A DNA stretch of 64,000 nt from the human T2T-CHM13v2.0 reference genome, Homo sapiens. The notes beneath the pieces are model-generated. The model saw only the letters and a program-made list of their open reading frames with translations, did no database searches and was not told the origin of the DNA. Made by a program: the position numbers and the translations under genes. The stretch lies in assembly GCF_009914755.1 (NCBI RefSeq), contig NC_060939.1. One strand, given 5' to 3'. Shown here piece after piece: positions 20,291 to 32,888 of the stretch (positions within the stretch are counted from its first letter, which is position 1; every line of letters starts with the position of its first letter).

Positions 20291-23200
20291 GATTAGGAAA
20301 CCTGCAGCTCCCAGGGGCCCCCACTAATGTTCTAACTCGCAGAAGGAAGGAGTGTGTGTGCGTGTGTGCGTGTGCGTGTGCGTGTGTGTGTTTGTGTGTG
20401 TGCGGTGTGAGGTATGGGCCCCTTAAAGAAATGGAAATCAACCAACCAATGGGACAGACAGACAGACAGACAGACAGAGATTCACTTGCCCAAGTGTTCT
20501 GTCCTGTCCTCTGAATCCGCTTTCAAGTCGCAAGACGCTGTGAGCTCCAAGTCCACGCAGAGTCCGCCAAACGCTCCGGCCGCTGATCCGCTCCGCGAAG
20601 ATCTGAGTACAGGCCAGCCAGGGTGGGTTTAAATAGCCTCGGGCGCAGCCTAGCAGCGGAAAGGGCGGAGCTTCACTCCTCCTTTCCATCAGTCACCCCC
20701 AACTTTCCCAGGCTACACCTCGTAGGAAACTGTTCTCCTGCTTTGATTTCATGCGCCACCTTTGGGACAATCTAAGAACTTACAGGTTTTCTTGGCCAGA
20801 TTTATTAGGAATTGTATGCACTGAAACACTGAAAACCAACTAGTGGTTCTGTGCTTCCCACGTTGTGGTTTTGACACCAGCAGCATCCTTGCCACAATCA
20901 AACCCCGGAGATCCGCAGATCTGTGTTGTAACAAGACCTCCCCCTGACCCTGAAGCATGGCAGTTGAAGAAGTCTTTCCGTGTAAGCGAAAAGACTTTGA
21001 AGAAAAGGTGGAGATATGCGTTGTATAAACATTCTTTTGCTCTGGAACCACGTAGAGACTTGGGAGCCAGATGGGTGGAGCATTATTTGGATGAGGGTGC
21101 TCGGGTTAGGAATATCAAGGTGTGGCTCCAGATAATCCAATCATCTAATTAAGATTCCAGTTATGCTCATCTGTTTTAAAATTCCGTTTGGGTAAATTCT
21201 TTTAGTCAGACTGAGAATGGCAAAGCCTCAACCCCAATTTCCAGGGAGGGTGGAGAGCCTCAGGTGGAGTTGATCACCAATACCCTATGGTTTAACCCAT
21301 CATGCCTATAGAATGAGGTCTCCATCAAAACCCAAAAGGACTGGGTTCAGAGAGCTTCTGGATAACACTTCCTGGAAGGTAGTGCGCCCCTCCCCACATG
21401 GCGGGCCCCACATTTATTTCTGAACTTTGTGCAATGTCCGCTAAAATACAACGGCAAATGTAAGTGTTTCCCTGCGTGCTGTGAGCTCTTCCAGCAAATG
21501 AATGCAACTAAATCTGGGAGTGGTGGCAACCTGATTTATAGCCAGTTGCTGAGAAGTACAGGTAAAACAACTTAGGGCTTCCCATTGTTATTGGTGTGGG
21601 AGGCCTGTCTGGCGGGACTCGGCCCTTTGGAATCTAATGCTATGTCCCGATAGATAGCGTCACCATTGAATTAGAAGACACACATATGTGGAGAATAATC
21701 TTTCTGGTCATTTGCTGCATGTCTTATTTACAATATGTAATCAAATTCTTTATCCTGACCTTATGGCACCTGGGTTTGAACCAAACGTTGGTCTGTCACT
21801 TTCTGAGTTTGAAACTTTATTTTGCCTTTAGCGTTTTGCTATTGCTTTTTCGTTTTCTTTTGTTTCGTTTCGTTTCTAAGTTCTGGGGTATATGTGCAGG
21901 ATGTGCAGATTTGTTAGTAAGGTAAACGTGTGCCATGGTGGTTTGCTGCACCTGTCAACCCGTCACTTAGGTATTAAGCCCAGCATGCAGTAGCTGTTTT
22001 TCTTAACGCTCTGCCTCCCGAAAGGCCCCAGTGTGTGTTGTTCCCCTTCCTGTGTCCATGGGATCTCACTTTTCAGCTCCCATTATAAGTGAGAAGGTGG
22101 CGTTTGGTTTTCTTTCCCTGGATTAGTTTGCTGACGATAATGACCACACATCACCACTGTTTTTGTTTTTTAGTATAAAGAGTAGTATTTTATTGAATAA
22201 GATTTGCTCACAGAAAAATAAGCTTAAATCTACAATGAATGCCAGACCCTACAGCAGAAAGCAATTTTCTCACTTTTCCACACACAATGGTTCCTACTAA
22301 GTGAAAAAAAAGCCATAAAATTTCATTCACAAATGTACTACTCTGTCTCAAAACATCTCACGTAATCATGCACTGTACTAAAGCCATCAGATCAGTTCTT
22401 CAGTCAGGTTAAAGAAGTATCCCTCTAATAACTGACTCTTATAATGCTATCAATATCCACTCCCAATCAGTCTGCCATTGTTAATGGTGTACAGCATTAC
22501 TGAATACAACGGAATTGATGACGCCCATATCCACAGACAAACCGTGACTTATGATGGTTTGATTTATGATTTTTCAACGTTATGATGGGTTTATTGGAAT
22601 ATTAGATTCGTTTCTGAGTTACACTGGGTTTATGAGTATGCGACCCTACACTCCAGAAACAGCTGTATAAGGAAAAACAGGTGTACCTAATAAAAATATG
22701 CTTAGTGACTTGGGATAAACCAATAGATGTTCACAAGTGATGGAGAGCCGTGAAAGAGAGATAGCGGTAAATAGTTACAATAACACAATTTTCCTGCACC
22801 TGTCGAGGATTTCCCCCAAAAAACGCAGAATGTGGGATGCACCTAAGGCATATGAAAGAGAGAGGGCGGAAGGAGTAAGAGAGAAATAGGAGGAAGGGAG
22901 GAAGGAAGCAAGGAAGAAAGGAAGGAAGGAAAGAACGAAGGTAGGAAGGAAGGAAGGAAGGAAGGAAGGAAGGAAGGAAGGAAGGAAGGAAAGGAGGATG
23001 AAAGGAAGGAGAAAACACCGGTGTTACTAAAACCCCCCAAAAAATGGTTTCCCCCTGTGGGTAAGCCTACAATGTGGATGAATCTTGAAAATATTGTGCT
23101 ACGTGTTATGTCAGTCATAGCAGCTCACCTATTGTGCAATTCCGTTTATAGGAAATGTCCACAATATGGAAATCTATGCATATGGGATTGATCGCACTAG

Positions 23201-23607
23201 GTAGTTGCTACCTAGGGCTGAGGGTCAGGGAGAGGGTTTGAGACAGAATGAGGAGTGACTAATGTCTACAGGGTCTTTCTCTGGTCGGGGGTGATAAGAC
23301 GTTTTACAATGGATTGCGAATTAAAATTGAATGTGCACAACCACAGGTATACTAAAAGCCACTCAATTCATGACCTTTAATGGGGGAATCTTACGTGGCG
23401 TAGTCTCATGGAGACCACGGCAGACATAGTGAGAGAGAAAAAGGTGAGTAAATATCTGAAACGGAGGCAGAAACAGAGAGAATGAAAAGCCCTGTGAATG
23501 AAAGGGAGAGCGAAAAGGGAAAATGGTCCTATTTACAAATGACAGATGTGAAACTGGGGTTCACATCAACAGTGTCACTGCCAGGAAGGAGGGTCATGCT
23601 AGCCATG

Positions 23608-26589
23608 TCACCGGTAGTGTGGCCCGCAGGGACGCCGACCTGCTGGAGCGTCGTGCCAGCATGGGCTGTGGCAACCACGTGGGCCAGCAGGAGGTTCCCG
23701 CTGCACAGCTGTGGGGTGAGGATAGACTGGGTGGTGATATCGGCCATTACAGGGGCCTCTTCTGCTGGCAAGAGTGTGACAGTAGCAAGTAGATGGACAG
23801 GCCTGCGTGTGAGGACGGAATGCAGGAGGGGTTCTTGTGCGCCTGGGTGTGGGGCCCTCACGGGAACCGTGGAGAAATGGCCAGGTAACTGCGTCATGTG
23901 GGCTAGTAGATTGGCCAGGGCTTCGAACTGAAGGACGATAATGGGGAGTAGCTGTCAGGCCCTGGGAGTGCCTGAGTGTAAGTGGAGATGGGTTTGGGGT
24001 CACTGAGGGATGCGTGGGAGCCATCCCTGTATAGGTACAGGTCATAGGGAGATAGTCTCGTGAGGCCTGTGAGTGTCTAGGGTTGTCCTGGGTGCCTGGG
24101 GCTGACTGTGGCAGAAATCTGGGGAAGGCTGGAGAGAAGCTGGGAGACCCAGGAGAGTCCCTGAAGGCAGGGGGTGAAGAGGTGAAAGAAATGGGGGAGG
24201 GTTGCAGTAAGGTCCGTGAGTTTGTAGGTGATTCCTGGGTGCGGGAAGCTGACTCCAGGTGAAATCTGGAGATGGTTGGAGAGTAGCTGAGAGAGACAGA
24301 AGAGTCCCTGAGGGCTGGGGGTGAGAACATGAGGGAGACGGGGGAGTAAGTCAGTGAAATTCGTGAGTTCGGTGGTGTATCGTGGGTGCCTGGAACTGAC
24401 TCCAGCTGGAATCTAGAGAAGTTTTGAGAGTAGCTGAAGGAGACACAAGAGTCCCTGTGGGCTGAGGGCAAAGACCTGAGAGAGACCAGGGAGGACCTCA
24501 GTGAAGTCTGTGAGTCTGTAGGTGATTCCGGAGTGTGGGAGGCTGACTCCCGCTGAAATCTGGGCGTGGTGGGAGAGTAGCTGGGACAGACAGGAGAGTC
24601 CCAGGGGGCTGGGGGTGAAGACATGAGAGAGACTGGGGAGTAACTCAGTGAAATTGCTGAGTTGGTTGGTGATACCTGGGTGCCTGGAACTGACCCCCGC
24701 TGAAATCTGGGCATGGTTGGAGAGTAGCTGGGACACACAGGAGAGTTCCTGAGGGCTGGGGGTGAAGACATGAGCGAGACCGGGGAGTAACTGAGTGAAA
24801 CTGGTGAGTTTGGTGGTGACTCCGGGGTGCCTGGAACTGACTCCAGCTGAAATGTGGGCGTGGTTGGAGAGTAGCTGGGACAGACAGGAGAGTCCCTGAG
24901 GACTGGTGAAGACATGAGAGAGAGTGGAGAGTAATTGAGTGAAATTGGTGAGTTTGGTGGTGATTCCTGGGTGCCTGGAACTGACTCCCGCTGAAGTGTG
25001 GGCATGGTTGGAGAGTAGCTGGGACACACAGGAGAGTCCCTGAGGGTTGGAGATAAAGACGTGCTAGAGACTGAGGAGTAACTGAGTGAAATTGGTGAGT
25101 TTGGTGGTGATTCCGGGGTGCCTGGCACGGACTCCAGGTGAAATGTGGGCGTGGTTGGAGAGTAGCTGGGACAGACGGGAGAGTCCCTGAGGGATGGTGA
25201 AGACATGAGAGAGACTGGGGAGTAACGCAGTGAAATTGGTGAGTTTGGTGGTGATTTCTGGGTGCCTGCAACGGACTCCCGCTGAAGTGTGGGCGTGCTT
25301 GGAGAGTAGCTGGGACAGACAGGCGAGTCCCTGAGGGTTGGAGATAAAGACGTGCTGGAGACTGGGGAGTAACTCAGTGAAAGTGGTGGGCTTGGTGGTG
25401 ATCCCAGGGTTCCTGGAACTGACCCGCGCTGAAATGTGGGCGTGGTTGGAGAGTAGCTGGGACAGACTGGAGGGTCCGTAAGGGCTGGGGGTGAAGACGT
25501 GAGAGAGACTGGCGAGGATCTCACTGAGGTCTGTGAGTTTGTAGGTGTTTCTGGGGTGTGGGGTACAGACTCCCGCTGAAATCTGGGCGTAGTTGGAGAG
25601 TAGCTGGGACAGACAGGAGAGTCATGGGTGGCTGGGGGTGAGCTGCTGGATGATGGCAGTAAGAACATATGGTACATTATTGATGAATGAGGTGACTGTG
25701 AAGAATCTCCAGAGGAGGACACGGGAGAACACAATGACATGAGTGACTGTCCTGCTTGGTTAGGAAAGGGAAACGTAAAGTTGTGGAATTCTGTTGATGA
25801 TGGATGTGAGAGTGGTGAAGCCCTGCGGGATGATGTAGAGGACTTCCACATCCCTGGTGAGGAGCTGCCCCTTGGGTCTGAGTTTCTGGGAGGGGAGAGG
25901 GAGAAGCTGGGTGAGGCAGGCATGAATCTTGAGGAGTCAGGGCTGGGGGACCGCTCATATTCTCCCGAGACCTGTGAGTCTCTGGGGGACTCCTGGGTGC
26001 ATGGGGCTGGCTCCCGCAGGAACCTGGGCATGGCTGGAGAGTAACTGGGAGCCACAGGAGGGTCCCTGAGGCCTGGGGGTGAAGAGATGCAAGACACAGG
26101 GGTGGAGCAGCGTGAGGCTCGTGAGTTTGTAGGTGATTCCTGGGTGTGGGGGGCTGACTCCAGCTGAAATCTGGGGTTGTTTGGAGAGTAGCTGGGAGAC
26201 ACAGGAGACCCCCCGAGAGCTGGGGGTGAGCTGCTGGGTGATGGCAGTAAGAACATGTGGTATATTATTGATGAACGTGGGGACTCTGAGGAGTCCTCAG
26301 AGGAGGACACGGCAGAGCCCAATGGCTTCATTGATTGCCCATCACGGTGAGGACAGGGAAATGGGAGCTTGTGGGATTCTGGTGATGACAGAGGTGAGTG
26401 TGGTGAAGCCCTAGGGGATGGTGAATGGTAGTTCCGGATCCCTGGTGAGGAGCTTCCCCTTAAGCCTGAGTTTCTGAGAGGGGAGAGGGAGAAGCTGGGT
26501 GAGGCTCGCATGGACATTGGGGTGTCCGTGCTGCGGGACCGTTCATAAGAAGAGCCAGACAAGACCCTACTGTTCTTAGGTGCAGACAT
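23608..26589 (-). CDS. CTD-like repeat protein, short form (993 aa), copy 5
   Basis: Intact ORF lacking one 291-bp (97-aa) dimer relative to the long form. Confidence 0.65.
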   Translation of the reverse strand: MSAPKNSRVLSGSSYERSRSTDTPMSMRASPSFSLSPLRNSGLRGSSSPGIRNYHSPSPRASPHSPLSSPESHKLPFPCPHRDGQSMKPLGSAVSSSEDSSESPRSSIIYHMFLLPSPSSSPPALGGSPVSPSYSPNNPRFQLESAPHTQESPTNSRASRCSTPVSCISSPPGLRDPPVAPSYSPAMPRFLREPAPCTQESPRDSQVSGEYERSPSPDSSRFMPASPSFSLSPPRNSDPRGSSSPGMWKSSTSSRRASPLSHPSSTEFHNFTFPFPNQAGQSLMSLCSPVSSSGDSSQSPHSSIMYHMFLLPSSSSSPPATHDSPVCPSYSPTTPRFQRESVPHTPETPTNSQTSVRSSPVSLTSSPPALTDPPVCPSYSPTTPTFQRGSVPGTLGSPPSPPLSLSYSPVSSTSLSPTLRDSPVCPSYSPSTPTLQRESVAGTQKSPPNSPISLRYSPVSLMSSPSLRDSPVCPSYSPTTPTFHLESVPGTPESPPNSPISLSYSSVSSTSLSPTLRDSPVCPSYSPTMPTLQRESVPGTQESPPNSPISLNYSPLSLMSSPVLRDSPVCPSYSPTTPTFQLESVPGTPESPPNSPVSLSYSPVSLMSSPPALRNSPVCPSYSPTMPRFQRGSVPGTQVSPTNSAISLSYSPVSLMSSPPAPWDSPVCPSYSPTTPRFQRESASHTPESPTDSQTSLRSSLVSLRSLPSAHRDSCVSFSYSQNFSRFQLESVPGTHDTPPNSRISLTYSPVSLMFSPPALRDSSVSLSYSPTISRFHLESASRTQESPTNSRTLLQPSPISFTSSPPAFRDSPGSPSFSPAFPRFLPQSAPGTQDNPRHSQASRDYLPMTCTYTGMAPTHPSVTPNPSPLTLRHSQGLTATPHYRPSVRSPGQSTSPHDAVTWPFLHGSREGPTPRRTRTPPAFRPHTQACPSTCYCHTLASRRGPCNGRYHHPVYPHPTAVQREPPAGPRGCHSPCWHDAPAGRRPCGPHYR

Positions 26590-29500
26590 GATTAGGAAAC
26601 CTGCAGCTCCCAGGGGCCCCTACTAATGTTCTAACTCGCAGAAGGAAGGAGTGTGTGTGCGTGTGTGCGTGTGCGTGTGTGTGTGTGTGTGTGCTTGTGT
26701 GTGTGCGGTGTGAGGTATGTGCCCCTTAAGAAAATGGAAATCAACCAACCAATGAGACAGAGAGACAGACAGACAGACAGAGATTCACTTGCCCAAGTGT
26801 TCTGTCCTGTCCTCTGAATCCGCTTTCAAGTCGCAAGACGCTGTGAGCTCCAAGTCCACGCAGAGTCCGCCAAACGCTCCGGCCGCTGATCCGCTCCGCG
26901 AAGATCTGAGTACAGGCCAGCCAGGGTGGGTTTAAATAGCCTCGGGCGCAGCCTAGCAGCGGAAAGGGCGGAGCTTCACTCCTCCTTTCCATCAGTCACC
27001 CCCAACTTTCCCAGGCTACACCTCGTAGGAAACTGTTCTCCTGCTTTGATTTCATGCGCCACCTTTGGGACAATCTAAGAACTTACAGGTTTTCTTGGCC
27101 AGATTTATTAGGAATTGTATGCACTGAAACACTGAAAACCAACTAGTGGTTCTGTGCTTCCCACGTTGTGGTTTTGACACCAGCAGCATCCTTGCCACAA
27201 TCAAACCCCGGAGATCCGCAGATCTGTGTTGTAACAAGACCTCCCCCTGACCCTGAAGCATGGCAGTTGAAGAAGTCTTTCCGTGTAAGCGAAAAGACTT
27301 TGAAGAAAAGGTGGAGATATGCGTTGTATAAACATTCTTTTGCTCTGGAACCACGTAGAGACTTGGGAGCCAGATGGGTGGAGCATTATTTGGATGAGGG
27401 TGCTCGGGTTAGGAATATCAAGGTGTGGCTCCAGATAATCCAATCATCTAATTAAGATTCCAGTTATGCTCATCTGTTTTAAAATTCCGTTTGGGTAAAT
27501 TCTTTTAGTCAGACTGAGAATGGCAAAGCCTCAACCCCAATTTCCAGGGAGGGTGGAGAGCCTCAGGTGGAGTTGATCACCAATACCCTATGGTTTAACC
27601 CATCATGCCTATAGAATGAGGTCTCCATCAAAACCCAAAAGGACTGGGTTCAGAGAGCTTCTGGATAACACTTCCTGGAAGGTAGTGCGCCCCTCCCCAC
27701 ATGGCGGGCCCCACATTTATTTCTGAACTTTGTGCAATGTCCGCTAAAATACAACGGCAAATGTAAGTGTTTCCCTGCGTGCTGTGAGCTCTTCCAGCAA
27801 ATGAATGCAACTAAATCTGGGAGTGGTGGCAACCTGATTTATAGCCAGTTGCTGAGAAGTACAGGTAAAACAACTTAGGGCTTCCCATTGTTATTGGTGT
27901 GGGAGGCCTGTCTGGCGGGACTCGGCCCTTTGGAATCTAATGCTATGTCCCGATAGATAGCGTCACCATTGAATTAGAAGACACACATATGTGGAGAATA
28001 ATCTTTCTGGTCATTTGCTGCATGTCTTATTTACAATATGTAATCAAATTCTTTATCCTGACCTTATGGCACCTGGGTTTGAACCAAACGTTGGTCTGTC
28101 ACTTTCTGAGTTTGAAACTTTATTTTGCCTTTAGCGTTTTGCTATTGCTTTTTCGTTTTCTTTTGTTTCGTTTCGTTTCTAAGTTCTGGGGTATATGTGC
28201 AGGATGTGCAGATTTGTTAGTAAGGTAAACGTGTGCCATGGTGGTTTGCTGCACCTGTCAACCCGTCACTTAGGTATTAAGCCCAGCATGCAGTAGCTGT
28301 TTTTCTTAACGCTCTGCCTCCCGAAAGGCCCCAGTGTGTGTTGTTCCCCTTCCTGTGTCCATGGGATCTCACTTTTCAGCTCCCATTATAAGTGAGAAGG
28401 TGGCGTTTGGTTTTCTTTCCCTGGATTAGTTTGCTGACGATAATGACCACACATCACCACTGTTTTTGTTTTTTAGTATAAAGAGTAGTATTTTATTGAA
28501 TAAGATTTGCTCACAGAAAAATAAGCTTAAATCTACAATGAATGCCAGACCCTACAGCAGAAAGCAATTTTCTCACTTTTCCACACACAATGGTTCCTAC
28601 TAAGTGAAAAAAAAGCCATAAAATTTCATTCACAAATGTACTACTCTGTCTCAAAACATCTCACGTAATCATGCACTGTACTAAAGCCATCAGATCAGTT
28701 CTTCAGTCAGGTTAAAGAAGTATCCCTCTAATAACTGACTCTTATAATGCTATCAATATCCACTCCCAATCAGTCTGCCATTGTTAATGGTGTACAGCAT
28801 TACTGAATACAACGGAATTGATGACGCCCATATCCACAGACAAACCGTGACTTATGATGGTTTGATTTATGATTTTTCAACGTTATGATGGGTTTATTGG
28901 AATATTAGATTCGTTTCTGAGTTACACTGGGTTTATGAGTATGCGACCCTACACTCCAGAAACAGCTGTATAAGGAAAAACAGGTGTACCTAATAAAAAT
29001 ATGCTTAGTGACTTGGGATAAACCAATAGATGTTCACAAGTGATGGAGAGCCGTGAAAGAGAGATAGCGGTAAATAGTTACAATAACACAATTTTCCTGC
29101 ACCTGTCGAGGATTTCCCCCAAAAAACGCAGAATGTGGGATGCACCTAAGGCATATGAAAGAGAGAGGGCGGAAGGAGTAAGAGAGAAATAGGAGGAAGG
29201 GAGGAAGGAAGCAAGGAAGAAAGGAAGGAAGGAAAGAACGAAGGTAGGAAGGAAGGAAGGAAGGAAGGAAGGAAGGAAGGAAGGAAGGAAAGGAGGATGA
29301 AAGGAAGGAGAAAACACCGGTGTTACTAAAACCCCCCAAAAAATGGTTTCCCCCTGTGGGTAAGCCTACAATGTGGATGAATCTTGAAAATATTGTGCTA
29401 CGTGTTATGTCAGTCATAGCAGCTCACCTATTGTGCAATTCCGTTTATAGGAAATGTCCACAATATGGAAATCTATGCATATGGGATTGATCGCACTAGG

Positions 29501-29906
29501 TAGTTGCTACCTAGGGCTGAGGGTCAGGGAGAGGGTTTGAGACAGAATGAGGAGTGACTAATGTCTACAGGGTCTTTCTCTGGTCGGGGGTGATAAGACG
29601 TTTTACAATGGATTGCGAATTAAAATTGAATGTGCACAACCACAGGTATACTAAAAGCCACTCAATTCATGACCTTTAATGGGGGAATCTTACGTGGCGT
29701 AGTCTCATGGAGACCACGGCAGACATAGTGAGAAAGAAAAAGGTGAGTAAATATCTGAAACGGAGGCAGAAACAGAGAGAATGAAAAGCCCTGTGAATGG
29801 AAGGGAGAGCGAAAAGGGAAAATGGTCCTATTTACAAATGACAGATGTGAAACTGGGGTTCACATCAACAGTGTCACTGCCAGGAAGGAGGGTCATGCTA
29901 GCCATG

Positions 29907-32888
29907 TCACCGGTAGTGTGGCCCGCAGGGACGCCGACCTGCTGGAGCGTCGTGCCAGCATGGGCTGTGGCAACCACGTGGGCCAGCAGGAGGTTCCCGC
30001 TGCACAGCTGTGGGGTGAGGATAGACTGGGTGGTGATATCGGCCATTACAGGGGCCTCTTCTGCTGGCAAGAGTGTGACAGTAGCAAGTAGATGGACAGG
30101 CCTGCGTGTGAGGACGGAATGCAGGAGGGGTTCTTGTGCGCCTGGGTGTGGGGCCCTCACGGGAACCGTGGAGAAATGGCCAGGTAACTGCGTCATGTGG
30201 GCTAGTAGATTGGCCAGGGCTTCGAACTGAAGGACGATAATGGGGAGTAGCTGTCAGGCCCTGGGAGTGCCTGAGTGTAAGTGGAGATGGGTTTGGGGTC
30301 ACTGAGGGATGCGTGGGAGCCATCCCTGTATAGGTACAGGTCATAGGGAGATAGTCTCGTGAGGCCTGTGAGTGTCTAGGGTTGTCCTGGGTGCCTGGGG
30401 CTGACTGTGGCAGAAATCTGGGGAAGGCTGGAGAGAAGCTGGGAGACCCAGGAGAGTCCCTGAAGGCAGGGGGTGAAGAGGTGAAAGAAATGGGGGAGGG
30501 TTGCAGTAAGGTCCGTGAGTTTGTAGGTGATTCCTGGGTGCGGGAAGCTGACTCCAGGTGAAATCTGGAGATGGTTGGAGAGTAGCTGAGAGAGACAGAA
30601 GAGTCCCTGAGGGCTGGGGGTGAGAACATGAGGGAGACGGGGGAGTAAGTCAGTGAAATTCGTGAGTTCGGTGGTGTATCGTGGGTGCCTGGAACTGACT
30701 CCAGCTGGAATCTAGAGAAGTTTTGAGAGTAGCTGAAGGAGACACAAGAGTCCCTGTGGGCTGAGGGCAAAGACCTGAGACAGACCAGGGAGGACCTCAG
30801 TGAAGTCTGTGAGTCTGTAGGTGATTCCGGAGTGTGGGAGGCTGACTCCCGCTGAAATCTGGGCGTGGTGGGAGAGTAGCTGGGACAGACAGGAGAGTCC
30901 CAGGGGGCTGGGGGTGAAGACATGAGAGAGACTGGGGAGTAACTCAGTGAAATTGCTGAGTTGGTTGGTGATACCTGGGTGCCTGGAACTGACCCCCGCT
31001 GAAATCTGGGCATGGTTGGAGAGTAGCTGGGACACACAGGAGAGTCCCTGAGGGCTGGGGGTGAAGACATGAGCGAGACCGGGGAGTAACTGAGTGAAAC
31101 TGGTGAGTTTGGTGGTGACTCCGGGGTGCCTGGAACTGACTCCAGCTGAAATGTGGGCGTGGTTGGAGAGTAGCTGGGACAGACAGGAGAGTCCCTGAGG
31201 ACTGGTGAAGACATGAGAGAGACTGGAGAGTAATTGAGTGAAATTGGTGAGTTTGGTGGTGATTCCTGGGTGCCTGGAACTGACTCCCGCTGAAGTGTGG
31301 GCATGGTTGGAGAGTAGCTGGGACACACAGGAGAGTCCCTGAGGGTTGGAGATAAAGACGTGCTAGAGACTGAGGAGTAACTGAGTGAAATTGGTGAGTT
31401 TGGTGGTGATTCCGGGGTGCCTGGCACGGACTCCAGCTGAAATGTGGGCGTGGTTGGAGAGTAGCTGGGACAGACGGGAGAGTCCCTGAGGGATGGTGAA
31501 GACATGAGAGAGACTGGGGAGTAACGCAGTGAAATTGGTGAGTTTGGTGGTGATTTCTGGGTGCCTGCAACGGACTCCCGCTGAAGTGTGGGCGTGCTTG
31601 GAGAGTAGCTGGGACAGACAGGCGAGTCCCTGAGGGTTGGAGATAAAGACGTGCTGGAGACTGGGGAGTAACTCAGTGAAAGTGGTGGGCTTGGTGGTGA
31701 TCCCAGGGTTCCTGGAACTGACCCGCGCTGAAATGTGGGCGTGGTTGGAGAGTAGCTGGGACAGACTGGAGGGTCCGTAAGGGCTGGGGGTGAAGACGTG
31801 AGAGAGACTGGCGAGGATCTCACTGAGGTCTGTGAGTTTGTAGGTGTTTCTGGGGTGTGGGGTACAGACTCCCGCTGAAATCTGGGCGTAGTTGGAGAGT
31901 AGCTGGGACAGACAGGAGAGTCATGGGTGGCTGGGGGTGAGCTGCTGGATGATGGCAGTAAGAACATATGGTACATTATTGATGAATGAGGTGACTGTGA
32001 AGAATCTCCAGAGGAGGACACGGGAGAACACAATGACATGAGTGACTGTCCTGCTTGGTTAGGAAAGGGAAACGTAAAGTTGTGGAATTCTGTTGATGAT
32101 GGATGTGAGAGTGGTGAAGCCCTGCGGGATGATGTAGAGGACTTCCACATCCCTGGTGAGGAGCTGCCCCTTGGGTCTGAGTTTCTGGGAGGGGAGAGGG
32201 AGAAGCTGGGTGAGGCAGGCATGAATCTTGAGGAGTCAGGGCTGGGGGACCGCTCATATTCTCCCGAGACCTGTGAGTCTCTGGGGGACTCCTGGGTGCA
32301 TGGGGCTGGCTCCCGCAGGAACCTGGGCATGGCTGGAGAGTAACTGGGAGCCACAGGAGGGTCCCTGAGGCCTGGGGGTGAAGAGATGCAAGACACAGGG
32401 GTGGAGCAGCGTGAGGCTCGTGAGTTTGTAGGTGATTCCTGGGTGTGGGGGGCTGACTCCAGCTGAAATCTGGGGTTGTTTGGAGAGTAGCTGGGAGACA
32501 CAGGAGACCCCCCGAGAGCTGGGGGTGAGCTGCTGGGTGATGGCAGTAAGAACATGTGGTATATTATTGATGAACGTGGGGACTCTGAGGAGTCCTCAGA
32601 GGAGGACATGGCAGAGCCCAATGGCTTCATTGATTGCCCATCACGGTGAGGACAGGGAAATGGGAGCTTGTGGGATTCTGGTGATGACAGAGGTGAGTGT
32701 GGTGAAGCCCTAGGGGATGGTGAATGGTAGTTCCGGATCCCTGGTGAGGAGCTTCCCCTTAAGCCTGAGTTTCTGAGAGGGGAGAGGGAGAAGCTGGGTG
32801 AGGCTCGCATGGACATTGGGGTGTCCGTGCTGCGGGACCGTTCATAAGAAGAGCCAGACAAGACCCTACTGTTCTTAGGTGCAGACAT
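29907..32888 (-). CDS. CTD-like repeat protein, short form (993 aa), copy 6
   Basis: Intact ATG-TGA ORF. Confidence 0.65.
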   Translation of the reverse strand: MSAPKNSRVLSGSSYERSRSTDTPMSMRASPSFSLSPLRNSGLRGSSSPGIRNYHSPSPRASPHSPLSSPESHKLPFPCPHRDGQSMKPLGSAMSSSEDSSESPRSSIIYHMFLLPSPSSSPPALGGSPVSPSYSPNNPRFQLESAPHTQESPTNSRASRCSTPVSCISSPPGLRDPPVAPSYSPAMPRFLREPAPCTQESPRDSQVSGEYERSPSPDSSRFMPASPSFSLSPPRNSDPRGSSSPGMWKSSTSSRRASPLSHPSSTEFHNFTFPFPNQAGQSLMSLCSPVSSSGDSSQSPHSSIMYHMFLLPSSSSSPPATHDSPVCPSYSPTTPRFQRESVPHTPETPTNSQTSVRSSPVSLTSSPPALTDPPVCPSYSPTTPTFQRGSVPGTLGSPPSPPLSLSYSPVSSTSLSPTLRDSPVCPSYSPSTPTLQRESVAGTQKSPPNSPISLRYSPVSLMSSPSLRDSPVCPSYSPTTPTFQLESVPGTPESPPNSPISLSYSSVSSTSLSPTLRDSPVCPSYSPTMPTLQRESVPGTQESPPNSPISLNYSPVSLMSSPVLRDSPVCPSYSPTTPTFQLESVPGTPESPPNSPVSLSYSPVSLMSSPPALRDSPVCPSYSPTMPRFQRGSVPGTQVSPTNSAISLSYSPVSLMSSPPAPWDSPVCPSYSPTTPRFQRESASHTPESPTDSQTSLRSSLVCLRSLPSAHRDSCVSFSYSQNFSRFQLESVPGTHDTPPNSRISLTYSPVSLMFSPPALRDSSVSLSYSPTISRFHLESASRTQESPTNSRTLLQPSPISFTSSPPAFRDSPGSPSFSPAFPRFLPQSAPGTQDNPRHSQASRDYLPMTCTYTGMAPTHPSVTPNPSPLTLRHSQGLTATPHYRPSVRSPGQSTSPHDAVTWPFLHGSREGPTPRRTRTPPAFRPHTQACPSTCYCHTLASRRGPCNGRYHHPVYPHPTAVQREPPAGPRGCHSPCWHDAPAGRRPCGPHYR

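Noticed and set aside
21686-21925. Hydrophobic 79-aa + strand ORF in B-type units
   Set aside because: Created incidentally by the 13-bp deletion and runs through the T-rich antisense L1 tail; hydrophobicity follows from base composition.
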